A stretch of 64,000 nucleotides of DNA from the human T2T-CHM13v2.0 reference genome, Homo sapiens. Location: the NCBI RefSeq assembly GCF_009914755.1, contig NC_060932.1; one strand, given 5' to 3'. A program made the translations under genes and the position numbers. Position 1 is the first letter of the stretch; every line of letters starts with the position of its first letter. The notes beneath the pieces were generated by a model, which saw only the letters and a list, made by a program, of their open reading frames with translations, was not told the origin of the DNA and did no database searches. Positions 1 through 13,864 of this stretch are shown piece after piece.

Positions 1-485
1 ACTAAAAATACTATGTACTTGAAAGAAAGTGGAGGAAGTGGGATTGTGTAAAATGTTGCTAATGAGTGTTGTAGTGATTTATCTTTTTTATTTGATTTGA
101 TTCAAAATGGTGTCTTTGACATTGAATCTAGCAGAAATTCCACCAGTTTTCTGGTATATGGGTGATACTTTTCTTTAGCTATCTTTTCTGGCATGAACAT
201 TTTCCTCTCACATTTTCATAGTTTGTAGACAATTTTAATGGGAATTTTGGAAGCAGGATTAAGGACCTTATTGTAAGCCCATGAATCTAATCTTATGCTT
301 TTGATTTATATTTGAGCCATATCCATTTATATTTTGGGAACAATAAATGAAAAATGAAAAATACTTGAAATCATAGTGTTTTGTTAGCCAGAAAGACACA
401 TTATGTCTTAGCTGAACCTGAGAAAAATATCTTTCTAAGCTACTTATTCTTTATGGTATAAGTTGCTTCGGTATACATTTTTTTT

Positions 486-588
486 TCATGTTCGGTAATG
501 TGCTGATGTTATAAAAAGGTTTGAGGAAGGTACATTTCACACAGGAGTGTGAAAACCCAATCATCATGCTTATGAACTGCAAGAGGAT
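486..588 (-). pseudogene. Retroposed U13 (SNORD13) box C/D snoRNA pseudogene
   Basis: Reverse complement reads ATCCTCTTGCAGTTCATAAGCATGATGATTGGGTTTTCACACTCCTGTGTGAAATGTACC...CAGCACATTACC, colinear with U13 (ATCCTTTTGTAGTTCATGAGCGTGATGATTGGGTGTTCATAC...GCACATTACCC). Short poly(A) seen as a T-run at 478-486. TATACATTTT is duplicated at 472-481 and 593-602. Confidence 0.88.
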
Positions 589-611
589 TCCTTATACATT
601 TTCAACTAAAT

Positions 612-651
612 ATAGATGATTGATAGATGGATAGATAGATAGATAGATAGA
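612..651. repeat. (GATA)n microsatellite, imperfect
   Basis: tagatgattgatagatggatagatagatagatagatag. Confidence 0.9.
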
Positions 652-1774
652 GACAAAATTGCAGTTATTTTATTTATATGGCATAGGATTTAAGATAAAA
701 TGGAAAACACCATATGAACAAAAGGAAGAAATTATCTGAAATTATAACTAACGGAAAAATGAAACAAAGATTTTTGAGAACATGGGATAAATTTTCTGGG
801 GTATAGCTAAGTTCACATACTTTACAATATAGAGGGCACCCCTATAGTAACTTCTTTTTAACTATAGAAGATTTTAGAATCCTATTAACCATTTCTTTCA
901 GCCATCTTCCATTCCTTATCATCCCCCTGACTCTCTCCTCAATAGCTTTAAGAGAGAAAGATAGTGGTAAAGGATGAGATATAGTATTGGGGAAGATTGA
1001 AACTCAAAGCTCTGTTCAGACAGAATAGAAACCAGAGAAAAATGATGTTATCTTCTGAGTCCTGGTTTTGGTTGCCTCCAATCGTTTTTCCTTTGTCTAA
1101 TATGTCTCACTTTTGTACTTAAAAAAAGAACTATTAATCGAATCACATTACACCTCAACATTATTTTGTCCCTTTTGGCCATCTTTAAATAATTATACAA
1201 ATTGTATGTGATATTTACCCAGTCAAGAAATCTCACAGAGGTTCTCAAACATTTGTCTAATTTTTTCTCATTGAAATGTATTACATTCTAACTTGGAAAA
1301 TGATTATTCAAGTGATACTTTTTAAAAACAGGATTATTTCAAAATATAATATTTACTTAGGGTCTACTTTTATGGTGATTCTATTTCCTTGTTATTTAAT
1401 GAATTGGTTAAAATACTTCAGGAATTATCTTTTCGTATGATACCACTGTTTTAAATTTCATCTTCTGGAGATGAAATATTTAAAAGTTTAACATTACCAA
1501 AGTAAACTAATCTTTGCAATGACTTTTTTCGTGACATTTAACAAAGTGTAGACTACAAGCCACAATGTATCTGATTTGTAAGTGGCCATGACAATAGTGG
1601 TTACTTACTTCCTTCAGGCACTATTTCTGTTTTTGCTTGCTCCAAAAGGAGGTATTTTCTTTGGCTCTTCTCTGTACAATGCCACAGATCTATTGGCTAA
1701 GGAGAACCATGTGTTAAGTATTTTTGAATTTTACAAATGAGTTTTTGTCATTGACTATGGGGAAAAACAACTAC

Positions 1775-1860
1775 TTCTTTCTCTTCTTGCCGTCTTCTCT
1801 TCCTGCTCCTCCTCCTTTCTCCTCTTTCCTCCTCCTCTTCCCCTTCCTTCTTCTTTTGTT
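1775..1860. repeat. CT-rich low-complexity tract
   Basis: cttctttctcttcttgccgtcttctcttcctgctcctcctcct... Confidence 0.8.
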
Positions 1861-2299
1861 TGTGTTGTTATTAGTTTGTTTCTTACTGTGGGGATCAATG
1901 AACTCTGGGGATCAGCTTACTGAATTGAATAGCTCTACTGCAGCATTTAGAGCAAGCTGTGGCGGGGCCTGTAAGAACAGCCAATTACTGATTTGGTACC
2001 CAGTTAAAGAATACATTTCCTAGCATCCTATTTGAATAGATGCGGGCATATGACTAGATTTTTGTCCAATAGAAAATAAGCAGTATTTAGGTGAACAAAT
2101 TTCACAGTCTTGCCCTGAACTAGATGTGTGCCTCCCTGCCTATCATCCTCTTTCCTGTTGATAGGAATGTGGATAGAATAGTGGGAAATGGAATATTTTT
2201 TTTCTAGGAAATAGTTCAGGAGAGCAGAGAAACAAACCAAAATAATTCTGGTTTTAAAAACCAGAATACTCAAATGTTGGCTTTTATCATCTCAAGCAG

Positions 2300-2485
2300 T
2301 ATAATATTGGAAAAGTCTCTGAAGTTCTCTGAACTTCAGTTTTCTTATTTTAAAAACATGGATAATATTATTGTGAGAATCAAATGAGGTTGTTTTTGTT
2401 ATAAGAATTATTATATTGTAAGAATAAAATGAGATAATGTGTGCAAGGTACCTAGGACAGTATACAACTACAAAAAATGTTATTT
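2300..2485 (+). mobile_element. MIR SINE relic
   Basis: MIR core ctctgaacttcagttttcttattttaaaaacatggataat...aaatgagataatgtgtgcaaggtacctaggacagt. Confidence 0.7.
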
Positions 2486-2559
2486 CTCTTCCCTATTCTT
2501 TTCTATTTAACTCTAAGTTTATATTCTATATAGCTATTTTTTAATTATTTTTCAGTAGA

Positions 2560-3605
2560 TGTGTGAAGCATATTAATTAATTACAAAAGTGTAATCTCTT
2601 CTATCTAATCTACTGTTGATTCTGTCCAGTGCATTTTTTTAATCATCTCCCCCATCTTAGTTTTCATGAAGAAGACTGATTGATATATATCATATATCTC
2701 TACTTAATATTTTGAACATGTGTAATTCAACTATAATAACTTCATTAATATCTTCTGATAATTCTAACATCTATATTAGTTTAACTTAACTGTATATTTT
2801 TCTCTTCATTATAGGACATATATTCTTGCTTCTTGAAAACTTAATAATTTTTATTAAATGCCAAACATGGTAAATTTTACCTATGTGAGTTCTGGACATT
2901 TTTGTGAATCTATAAATATTCTTGAGTTGTGTTCATTGGATGTGGATAGGTAACTTAGAAATGATTTAATTCTCTCACATCTTGTTTTCAAGATGTGTTA
3001 GGTGGGACTGGAGCGGTGCCCATTCCAGGGATAATTATTCTCCACTACTAGGCAAGACTCTTCTACGTATTCTACTCAGTGCTCCTTAAGTCATAAAGTT
3101 TTCCAGTCTGGTTGATGCAAACAGGACTATTTCTGGGCCTAGGTGAGTTCTATGTCCTGTTCACTTGCAATCCTTTGAACTCTTTTTTCCCTGGGCATGA
3201 GGTAGCCCCTTCACATGCTTGTGTTGAGCAGTACTCCATTGAATACTAGAAAGGGGCCCCCTGAGATATCCAAAATTCTCTCTGTGTGAGGTGCTCTCAT
3301 CTCCAGTACTTTCTCCTATGAACACTCAACTCCTTGATCTGTCTCAGCTCCAGCTCCTCAATTCATGGGCCATCAGACTCCACCTGTGTTCCCCTTCTTT
3401 CTGTCACAGCAAGGAAACCCTCAGGGTAAGGTAGAGCACTCCTAGCATCACTTGACTTCTCTCCTGTCTTTTGAAGATTACTGTTCTTTGTTGTTTGATG
3501 TTCAGCGTCCTGAAAACTGTTGCTTCATATATATTATCTCTTTTTTTATTATTTTAGGTGGGAGGGGAAATGAGTTAACTGTTACTTTATCTTGACAAGA
3601 AATAA
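2560..3605 (-). mobile_element. Ancient L1 (L1M/L1ME-type) 5' region fragment
   Basis: Degenerate motifs typical of old L1 5' ends (tctaatctactgttgattctgtccagtgcattttt; ttttattaaatgccaaacatggtaaattttacc; tgaaaactgttgcttcatatat). Subfamily uncertain. Confidence 0.55.
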
Positions 3606-4079
3606 AATTTAGGAGCAGGAAATTTGGTAAGCTAAAATATTTTAAGAACTTTCTATACTTAATCCTGATTAATCTTTAAAAGTTTCTTGATTAAATATTA
3701 TTCATTCCTCCATGTTACACATCAAGAGGCTGAGAATTTTTTTGAGGTTAAGTTACACAGACCAGGAGCCCAGACTGTCTGAGCAAAAGTGTATTTGCTT
3801 AACCTCATGTTATTTTACTAAAGAAATACACATGATCTTAGACCCACATGTAGTCTAAAGAAAGAAGCAAGACACATAAAGTAACAGTTAAAATGTATTC
3901 CAAAAAAAAAAAAGAACTATGATGGAAGACTGTAAAAAAAACTTAAGAGAACACAGAAAAAGAAGCTAACAACTTATAATTTGTTATTGAATAAATAATG
4001 AACTATTTAAAGAATAAGTTATTTGTAAATGCATGGAAACTGTATTTTGTATAATAAATGTTTTCATACAGTCTGAAAG

Positions 4080-4440
4080 GTAGTTTCCCAGTTACCTGTT
4101 GCTGCATAAGAAACTAACACAAAATTTATTGGCTTAAAAAAAATCAGTCATCTTATTATGCTCACAGTCTGGGCATTAGAGATTTAGATAGGATTGGACT
4201 GGGAGAGTATTCTATTTCATGAGGCATCAACATGGATCAATCAGTGGTATTCAGTTCTTAACTAAGACTAGCCTGAGGGTCAAAAAGGGCCGCCCTCATA
4301 TACTTTGTGTTTTGGCAAAGACTATGGGAAGGCTGAGCTCATCTGGGTTTTTTTCTTCTCCATGTGGTGTCAGGGTCTCTCCACATGGCCATTTACAAGC
4401 AGGAATGCATGGGTGTTTCAAGTATGAGCATTTAAAGTAG
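4080..4440 (-). mobile_element. MLT1-family (ERVL-MaLR) LTR fragment
   Basis: agttacctgttgctgcataagaaactaacacaaaatttattggcttaaaa...ttatgctcacagtctgg matches the reverse complement of the MLT1F/G/H 3' end. Confidence 0.65.
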
Positions 4441-6764
4441 CAAAGCAGATATTCCTAAGAAAAGACACTTCACATTTAATTCCTTAGCCAAACAATGGTA
4501 GGAAAAAAATGTCGGTGATCTCTTTTATGTACATTGGTGTCCCAGGAATAAATAAAGGTGGCAAAAGCTAAATTCTCAGAATCATCTATGGTTGCAAATA
4601 TAGATCCCCGAAATAATAGGATCCCCTTATAAATACATAAGACTACACTTTTCTAACTAAAAAAAAAAATGCTTTCTATTAACTATTCTAACTATGTGCT
4701 AAGGAAAGCACTAACAATTCATATTTCTGATGCATAATCCAACCATGAAAATATAACAAATTAGAAATTATTAGTTTTACAGTACAGTGTCTTTTAAGGA
4801 TAAATGTGATAAACTCTCCAGTCCTTAAATCTTTTAAGATGTTACAAAGCATAACACCATCACTTTATGTAAATAATACATATAATTAAAAATAGTCCTT
4901 ATCAATAATAAAATCTTAGTTCAAAACTTTTAAAATCATATGCAAATGAAGCCTTCAAAGTGGAGGGCTAAATTCTATGAAAAAGAAACACAAAAAGAGG
5001 ATGCTAAATTTTGGATCATTGTTTACAACTAGAAACAGTATGTAAAGATGTTAATATAATCACAGTTTTACTACCTATTTTGATCTTTATCCCTTTCAAT
5101 ATGTTTCTTTCTTTACTTGAATTTTAACATGTGTAATTGTAGAGGCATTTATAGATTTGTTCCCGTTGGAATAAATATGAAACTCTCTTTTCTATAATAG
5201 TTCTTTGCTCATGTCCATAAAGTGTTGTATTAATAGATTAGTAAATTGTATCTGAGAATGAAATTAAAAAGGAAGAGTAAAATGCACACACATGCACACA
5301 CACACACAAACATACACAGCCCTTCCCCACAATTGTGAGTAGAAGATTGTAGAAAAAAAGAAGTAACAAATATAGTTCTCCTGAGATCTATACTAGGGCC
5401 AATCTCATTTAGCTTCTGTATAAATGGCCTTGAAATAAGAGTAAACTCTCAACCATACTTTGGTTTGAAAACAGTAGACAGACCGAAGTATGGGATAAAG
5501 CTACAGGGAAATCTTAATAGAATATAGCCGTGACCGGGAATGTTACAAATGAAATTTAATGTAGTACAGTCTTATTTTCACATTACATGGGAAAATGCCA
5601 GAATCATGGTAGAGGGAAAGCAGAATAGCTTATATAATTTAAAGCTGGAAATAAAGGTACTTTTTAAGTATTTACAATTTTTAATTTATAAAGGTATTTT
5701 TAAAAGGTATTTATAATTTTCCAAAATGCTGCAACTCCTGTGAATGTGTGTATTTTGAAAGTTTGCATACAGATTCTAAGAAAATGAAGTAAACATATAG
5801 GTGCTAACTACTAAAATTTATAACCCTGTACATGAATTAAAAACTTGGAGTCATGATAATCATTTATGAATACTTCTCAGTATAGGGAGTTTGTTTCTGT
5901 TTCTCTCATTTTTATCTATACAGTAAAACTCATAGTACAGAGTGACAATAAAAAGTGGGAATGTGTATGAGATGTTAAAATCTTACTTATAAGTGAAATA
6001 AGATGTTGAACTACATGATCTAAAGAACAGTGAATGAGCAATTATTTTTCTCCTTTCAGCCAGTACCTTTTAAAATTCTGCTGCCTTTGTTCCTTTAATA
6101 GTTGTGATAGCTCACTTTTCATACTGAAGAAAACACTCTTTCTTGTAGACCAATCCTTGGTAGAGAACTGTTCAATTGGTGGATGACATTAAATTTCTTG
6201 CTCTTAAATTTTTATTGCTATTGTTAAGTTTTGTAAGCTTATATAATAATAACTCACATTCATTCTACCTTCCAAATTTGAACTCATTAGTCAATAAATA
6301 CCTCCTGTCTTCATGTATATTTAAAATATTTTTTGTTAATATGTGAGAAAGTAACCATATTAACAAATCAGCCTTTATTCATTTAAGGATAAAATCAGAG
6401 AAGAGGTAGAAGTAGGGTGAGAAGAGGTCAGAATACCTAGGATTATTTTCTTTACCTCAGGCTCCAAATCAGGCTAAGAAATTAAATGGATGAGAGATAG
6501 ATACCATCATAGGGATGCTGGAAAAGTCTAGATATAATTGTCTTTCCTTTTGAAAATACACACAGATACAATTTCCCCTAAGGAACTTAGTCTTAGAACT
6601 TCAGAACAAGGTCAAGTCCCTAAGCTTTGAGAAGGACTTCTTGTACCAATACATGAAGAGCTTGGGTGACTAATTCATGCTGCAACTGCACAGCTTTACA
6701 AGTATGTGTATGAAAGTTGAGTAAACACAGTAACCTTAGTTCTTTTCATGACTGTCTTTAGCTT

Positions 6765-6980
6765 ATGAGCTTGGGCTCTGGAGTCAAAAGCCTTGAGAGT
6801 CGAGGTTTGACTCTGGTCCTGATGTATGACCTTGAGGAAATTATTTAACATCACTCTTCTCTGGTTTCCTTATCTTTGCCGCTAGCTCATAGAGTTGTTG
6901 TGATGGTTACCAAGCATAATTCATGTAAGAAAGATAGCACAGTGGCTGGAATATAGTAAGTATTCATTAAATATTAGATA
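6765..6980 (+). mobile_element. MIR SINE
   Basis: tgggctctggagtca...tgtatgaccttgaggaaattatttaac...ctcatagagttgttgtg...agcacagtggctggaatatagtaagtattcattaaatattag. Confidence 0.8.
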
Positions 6981-7065
6981 TTGAGAATGTCTTGTTGATA
7001 TGATAATTATGCCTTTCCATCCTTTATATGTTTATAAAACATCAGAAATGGCAGGACCTACTAAA

Positions 7066-7074
7066 GATGATAAA

Positions 7075-7114
<40 letters not shown>

Positions 7115-7118
7115 ATGA
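7066..7118. repeat. (GAT)n trinucleotide microsatellite
   Basis: About 12 perfect GAT units at 7075-7110. A second degenerate (GAT/AAT)n lies at about 7219-7258. Confidence 0.95.
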
Positions 7119-7789
7119 AAAGGAGTAATTTCTCACAAGTGATTTTTCTCTAAAGATATGGCTAATTATTACAACTTTTGTATGAACTTTGTATTGTGAC
7201 ATTTATAGGGAAACTTAGGTGATGATAATGATGATGATTATAATGATAATGATGATATTAATGTAATGGCTTCCCTCAAATACAGCATGTCTTCTTTTAA
7301 TCTAAGTATGCTTATGTTTTAGAATCATTAACAGCTTTTTCAAATATAAAAATCAGGGAATCAACAACTACTCACCAAATGTTTAATATTTGCTAAACAC
7401 AGTGGAAGACCAACAGGATCTTGCAATATTTTGAAGAAAATAAGCTCCTTGTGCCTAAGAAATTTATCAAACTCACCATTCACTCAGTTCAGGGCCTGTG
7501 CTTAGCAAAGCAGTACTTGTGTGTTTCAGATTAAATTGATAGTATATAAAAATAATAATTACAAACAGTACAGATGGAGAATTAGCTGTACCATAAATTA
7601 TCTGTTAAATTACTATAATCCATCCAGAAAAGATGAGGATTTTAAAAGGTACCCAGATATTTAAAACATAATCTCTTAGATGGTTCACAGTCCTGTAATT
7701 GCCTAACATAGACACCTATTCCTAATGTATTTTAACTTTATGCGTGCCGTGGATCCTTCCCCTGGGAAAACTACTAAACTGAAAATTCC

Positions 7790-8380
7790 ATATTGTGAAG
7801 CAAAACAGCAGAGAAAAATAATTTTTATGGGAAAAAGAAGTGTTGTGATTAAATAAATTTGAGGAACACTAGGATAAACAAAATTATATGCATTTCACTT
7901 CTGCAAGACTTTTCAGGGTATCAAATATAATAATGAGAATTGTCAGCTTTTAAAAATGTATTCTAATGTGCTATCCTTAACCTGAAGTAGCTCAGTAGAC
8001 AGACGTCCTAAGAACCTCAGTTCTATGTAGGAAACACTTAACTATGCAAAGTATGTGTGTACCACAAATTCAAATATACCAGAATAGTTCTCAGTTCATA
8101 TGGTTCTGCCTTGCAGGGGCATTTTAGAAATTTTAGAGGGTATTTTTACCTTTTACAGTAGTCAATGTTTAACATATTTCAGTGTATACTATTTTATTTT
8201 ATATCATGAATTGTTTTCGTTGTTTTTTTTCTTTATGCTTGAATTAAGGCATTACATTGCTTATTTTTAAATGTTATTTTTAAAATATGTTATATTATCT
8301 ATGAATTTTATTTCATTACACATGTCAAAAAATATTTATTATAGCAAAGGGACATTGAATCTTAAAGTTTTAACCACTAC
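7790..8380. mobile_element. Degenerate hAT-Charlie/MER DNA-transposon relics
   Basis: tttgaggaacactaggataaacaaaatt...ttctgcaagacttttcag and ggggcattttagaaatttt...aaagggacattgaatctt resemble MER112/MER20B-like elements. Weak match. Confidence 0.35.
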
Positions 8381-9014
8381 TCTGAAATTACTATCTCAAC
8401 TTAAAAAGGTAACATTTATTTTAGATTATTACTACTAACAATAGTTTTCTCCTGTGTCATTAAAAGCTCCGTGTACTAGAAGAAGGAAGAGATAAAGTGA
8501 AGACAGATAATGTGCTGTGGCTTTCTGGAATACCATCAAGGTACTTTTTTTTTCCTTGTTTGATTGAAGTACATTACATTTACCTAAATCATCCAGGGGC
8601 AACTCCTCCTGAGCAAATGACCACCATTGGGCAGGAGAATTCCAAGGTATACCTTTATTTAAGCCTAGATTCTAACTGGAAGCTCAGAACCTATCGTTTA
8701 GAAAGCGTTGGTCTCCTAGCAAACAATCTACCTATTTACTTAGCAATTTTGAGCTGTGAGTGTTTCAATTACTTCCCTGGCCATTGTTTTTAAATTAGAG
8801 AATTGTCAGCCTAAGCAAGGAAAAGTACACTTTTACTTAATTGATAAAAAGGTTAGTTTAATCCTTACTCTGAACTGGAACTTTATGGACTTTATGCCAA
8901 TGACAGAATACTCACAGCAGCCATTAAAATATGTTGTTTTTCAGAATTTTTATTTTACTTCATGATGTCACCCCTCTTTATGTGCATTTCTAATTCAGGC
9001 TAGGGCATCTGGAT

Positions 9015-9460
9015 CTCACTATGACCTGAAAGATGTTTTTGATAATTTTGAATTGGTTATCAAAATTTAAATATCTAAAGATTTCCTATTAATATATGAT
9101 TATATAACTTCTCTTGAAAAGTCAGGCTATCTGGCCTCAGTGGTTATACATTTTCATATGGGAATAATCAGTTGGAACTAAAGAGTAGCTAGCCCTTTCA
9201 AGAAGATATATTTTATCCATTCACTATAGTCACTGCTATTCCCTCATGTCTGCTTTACTTACTGTCTGCGTTAGACAATTTTTCTCTTGCTACTGAACAG
9301 AAAAATAAAGAGATTGCATGTTTCATGAAATATTACCCTATCTATTTACTATTCAAGGAGTATCTCTGCCTAAAGAAAACTATCGAAATCCTGTATTAGA
9401 GCAAAACTTGTTTATATCACCTGCCTGACTCGAAAGTTATTTGAGTTACAACAGTTGACC
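9015..9460. mobile_element. MER102-like hAT-Charlie DNA transposon relic
   Basis: cttctcttgaaaagtcaggctatctggc...cattttcatatgggaataatcagttggaactaaagagtagctagcccttt...ctattccctcatgtc. Confidence 0.6.
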
Positions 9461-9842
9461 TAGGTGACTAGATTCAGCAATCAAGATGCAATGAATCCTC
9501 CTCCTTCTTCTGCCACCTTCATAAAATTCTATCGGTCCTTTGTATTTGTATCTTTGACTAAGCACTAATTTAAGGTTTGCTTAAGGTTGACTGCCTACCT
9601 ACTACCTAATAATTTAAGGTTTGCTTTTGCCAAGAAAAAAAGTTGAATTTGAAGTATGGTAATAAGGGAAGTGTAAAATTGAAGCTATTCTTCAGTAAGA
9701 TTGTTTTTGTAAACAGAATATCAGCTTGAAACAGATTGCCTTCAAGGATTTGCACAAATGCAGATGAAGGCAATTGTAAAAATAATTTTAATAATTCAAC
9801 AATAATTACAGTGCCATTTAATGCAAAGGATGTTATACTAAG

Positions 9843-10047
9843 TGACAAAATTATCTCCTTAATCAAACTCTAGAAAGACTTCTCTAAGTCCTTTCTCAGT
9901 TTGGGCCCATCAGTGGGCATGTCCTCAAGAACCCAGTTTTAGCAACAATTAAATCAAGTCAGTTTAATCATCATTTCCCACCGAATATCCAATCACTGTC
10001 AATATCTTGTCAAATTCCTATCTCCAACCACCCCCCCAAGTGATATC
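9843..10047 (+). mobile_element. MER31-type ERV1 LTR, 5' part only
   Basis: Begins TGACAAAATTATCTCCTTAATCAAACTCTAG (MER31 start TGACAAAGACTCTCTCCTTGACCAAACTTTAG). Also cccagttttagcaa...agtcagttta...tcaaattcctatc. Confidence 0.65.
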
Positions 10048-11801
10048 TTGAAGGCATTTAAAACAATACTTTAGATAACACACAAATGATAAAAAATCAA
10101 AATGGCCTTATTTCTGATATGGAGAAACTTTTAGTGGTCTGGATAGAAGATCATAACAGCCACAGTATGCTCCTAAGCCAAAGTCTTATCTAGAGCAAGG
10201 CCCGAGCTCTCTTCAATTCTGTGAAGGCTGAGGAAGGTGAGGAAGCTGCAGAAGAAAAGTTTGAAGCTTGCAGAGGCTAGTTTATTAGGTTTATGGAAAG
10301 AAGCCATCTTCATAACATAAAAGTGCTAGGCAAGGCAGCAAGTGCTCATGTAGAAGCTGTAGTAAGTTATCCAGAAGATTTAGCTAAGATTATCGATGAT
10401 GATGGCCATACTATAAAATAGATTTTCACTGTAGATAAACACCTCTCTATTGGAAGAAGACTTTCCTATCTAGAGAGAAGTCAATGCCAGGCTTCAAAAT
10501 TTAAAAAACAGGCTTACTCTCTTGTTAGGGGTTCATGCGCTAGTAGCTTTAAGTTGAAGCCAGTGCTCACTTGCCATTCCAAAAATCATAAGGCCTTTAA
10601 GAATTATGCTAAATCTACTCAACCTGTCCTCTAGAAATGGAACAAAAAAGCCTGGATGACAGCATGTCTATTTACAGCATGGTTTACTGAATATTTTAAA
10701 TCCACTGTTGAAACCTACTACCCCTCCTAAAAAAAAGATTCCTTTGAAAATATTAATGCTCATTGACAATGCACCAGGTCACCCAAGAGCTGTGATGAAA
10801 ATGAACAAGGAAATTAATGTTGTTTTCGTGCCTGCTAACACAATCTCCATTTTACAGCCCATGAATTGAGGAGTAATTTTGACTTTCAAGTCTTATTATT
10901 TAAGAAATACATTTTGTAAGACTATAGCTGACATAGAGAGTGATTCTTATGATGGATCTGGGCAAAGTAAATTGAAAACCTCTGGAATGATTTACCATTT
11001 TAGATGCCATTTAAATACATTTGTGATTCATGGGAAGAGGTCAAAATATCAACATTAACAGGAGTTTGGAAGAAATTGATTCCAAGCTTCATGTATGACT
11101 TTGAGGGATTCAAGACTTCAGTGGAGGTAGTAACTTCAGATGTGGTAAAAATAGCAAGAGAACTAGAACTAGAAGTGAAGCCTGAGAATATGACTGGATT
11201 GCTGCAATCTCAATCAAACTTGAATGGATGAGGAGTTGCTTCTTATCAATGAACAAGAAAAGTGATTTCTTTGAGATGGAATCTATTGCTGGTGAGGATG
11301 TTGTGAATATTGTTGAAATGACAACAAAGTCATTTGGAATATGGACTATTCCATAAACTCAGTTGATAAAGTAGTGTTAGCATTTGAAAGAATTGGCTTT
11401 AATATTGAAAGAAGTTCTACTGTGGATAAAATGCTTTCAAGCAGTAGTGCACAACTTATTTTAAGAAATTGCCACAGTCACCCCAGCCTTTGGCAATGAC
11501 CACCCTGATCAGTTAGCAGACATCAACATCAAGGTAGGAATATCCAGCAGCAAAAAAATTACAACTCGCTGAAGGCTTGGATGATCATTAGCATTTTTCT
11601 GGCAAGCAGTATTTTTTAAATTAAATTATTTACATTGTTTTTTTAGACATACTGCTATTGCACACTTAATAGACTACAGAATAGTGTAAATAACTTTCCA
11701 AATTTTTTGGAAAACCACAAAATTCATATGACTTGTTTTATTACATTTGCTTTATTGTGGTGATTTGGATCTAAATCTGCACTATCTTTAAGATATGCCT
11801 G
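10048..11801 (+). mobile_element. Tigger1 DNA transposon (TcMar-Tigger), 5'-truncated, transposase decayed
   Basis: Continuous Tigger1 similarity (gatatggagaaacttttagtggtctggatagaagatc; gctcattgacaatgcaccaggtcacccaagagc). ORF 11004-11231 gives [20 protein letters not shown]. 3' TIR ...agatatgcctg ends at 11801. Confidence 0.93.
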
Positions 11802-13223
11802 TGTATGATATTTTCTACCTCCCGATGGTATTACCAAATTACTTTGTAGAATATCATAAAGGGTTCTAGTCTTATTGGCTTGGAGATAAATAAATGCTAA
11901 TATAATTCAACATTTCCCGAAATACAGAAACTAGCCCAAGTGCTTTTCAAGTACACATGACTTGGGTAAATCTTGGTAAATAAGATTAGTTTAATATTAT
12001 TGGTTTAATATAAGCAGCTATATCTTCTTAGTTATCAGCATTAAGTATAATATGAGCATATGTTTTTATTCCACTTGGATTGTCTAGTGCAATAAGGTAA
12101 TATTATTTCTACTTTAAGACTATAAAAATTATAAATTCAACCTAAGAACAAATATAGAAGTAAAGAGGCAATAAAAATGAATGACTTGATATCTATTACT
12201 TTGTGTGTTTCAAGCACAACAGTAAACTTTTATAAGATGCATATTTAACTTTTTTTAGGTTTTTGATTTGTAGTGAAGTCTAATATTCATGTGTTGAAAC
12301 ATAGGGAATTGCGATGACGGCTAGCTTTGTTCAATGTTGTACTATGTCTGTCCATAAACAATTTCAATATTGTTTTAGTATCTTGAAATTGTTGAGTTAT
12401 GCTAAGCTAAATTAAGTAATAGACATTTATTAAATATCTAGATTATTTCTAACAAACACCAACTACTTAAACATTAATAGCTAAGCATAAGTTTAAGTTG
12501 AAGTGCTTGTGATCTGATGCTGAATACTGATATGCAACAGACAATCCACAATGGTTTACCTCCTAGTTTTCTGTGTAAAAATTTTACCAAGCATTAAAAA
12601 ATTATAATTGACATTTGTAAGTGAAACTACCTAAAATAGTAAAGAAAGTTCTATGAAAACTATACAAGGAAAGTAAGATGTGTCATTGATAAGAAAAGGT
12701 AACGAATATGAAGGATATGGTTTCGTAAGGGAAAATGAGAGCAGTTTTGTCCTAAAGTAAGATACTGGTTATTCCAGAAGGAGAAAGAGGAAAATACAGC
12801 ACAAATACAAAATGGATATAGAAAATTATAGAAGATTTGTGGAAAATAAACTTCATGGTGATCAAGGATGGTAAAAACGAATGGATTTACTTACAGGAAT
12901 TAAAAAAAAATAAGCCTAATAGAGTACTATTATAAAAATTGAATTTAGTTTTCTGTTAAAAGGACATTTTCTTGTATTATATTAGTCTCTTCTTAATGAG
13001 AGATTGTGAAGGATTTTTGTTTACATTTTTAGTAATCTGCCTAGGAAACTAAAATTTTGTGTTCTGTGAGAATAATTTTCCTTGCTTTATATTAACTTTT
13101 GTTATGTTCTTAACTATTTAAGAGAATCAAGACTTCTGAGTTTTAAAAGAGCAAAGGTTTTTTTTTTCGCTTTTTTATAGTTTTTATAATTTTGCCTTCC
13201 CAAAATAAAATCCTAAATTAAAG

Positions 13224-13514
<291 letters not shown>

Positions 13515-13864
13515 AAATTAAATCTTCTTGTTCTTGAACTGACCTTAAGATTTTGCAAAAGGCCCCTGGAAAATCTTAAAGCATTTATTCTTTTACCTTC
13601 TAAAGAGAAATGTTAAAAATAATTTGGTTTATTTGATACTTGAGTGACACGGGAAACATTGCCAAATAAGAAAACATGCTTAACCCCTCCTAGGTTACTA
13701 TATGTATTGATAAAATGCAGTTATTTCAGAAATTGTATGAAATTCCTAGGAATTTGTTCCTAGTATCTTGTTTTATTCTAAAATTATTCTCTGAAAGTAT
13801 TTGCTATCAGCTACTGAACAGAATGCTTCATGATGGCATTACGTAAATAATTTTGAGACTGTAC

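Noticed and set aside
7066-7118. Poly-Asp coding stretch (GAT)n
   Set aside because: A short frame with no supporting exon structure; a simple microsatellite
10048-11300. Domesticated Tigger transposase (TIGD1-like) gene
   Set aside because: 5'-truncated, with many stops and indels. The longest ORF is only 75 aa.
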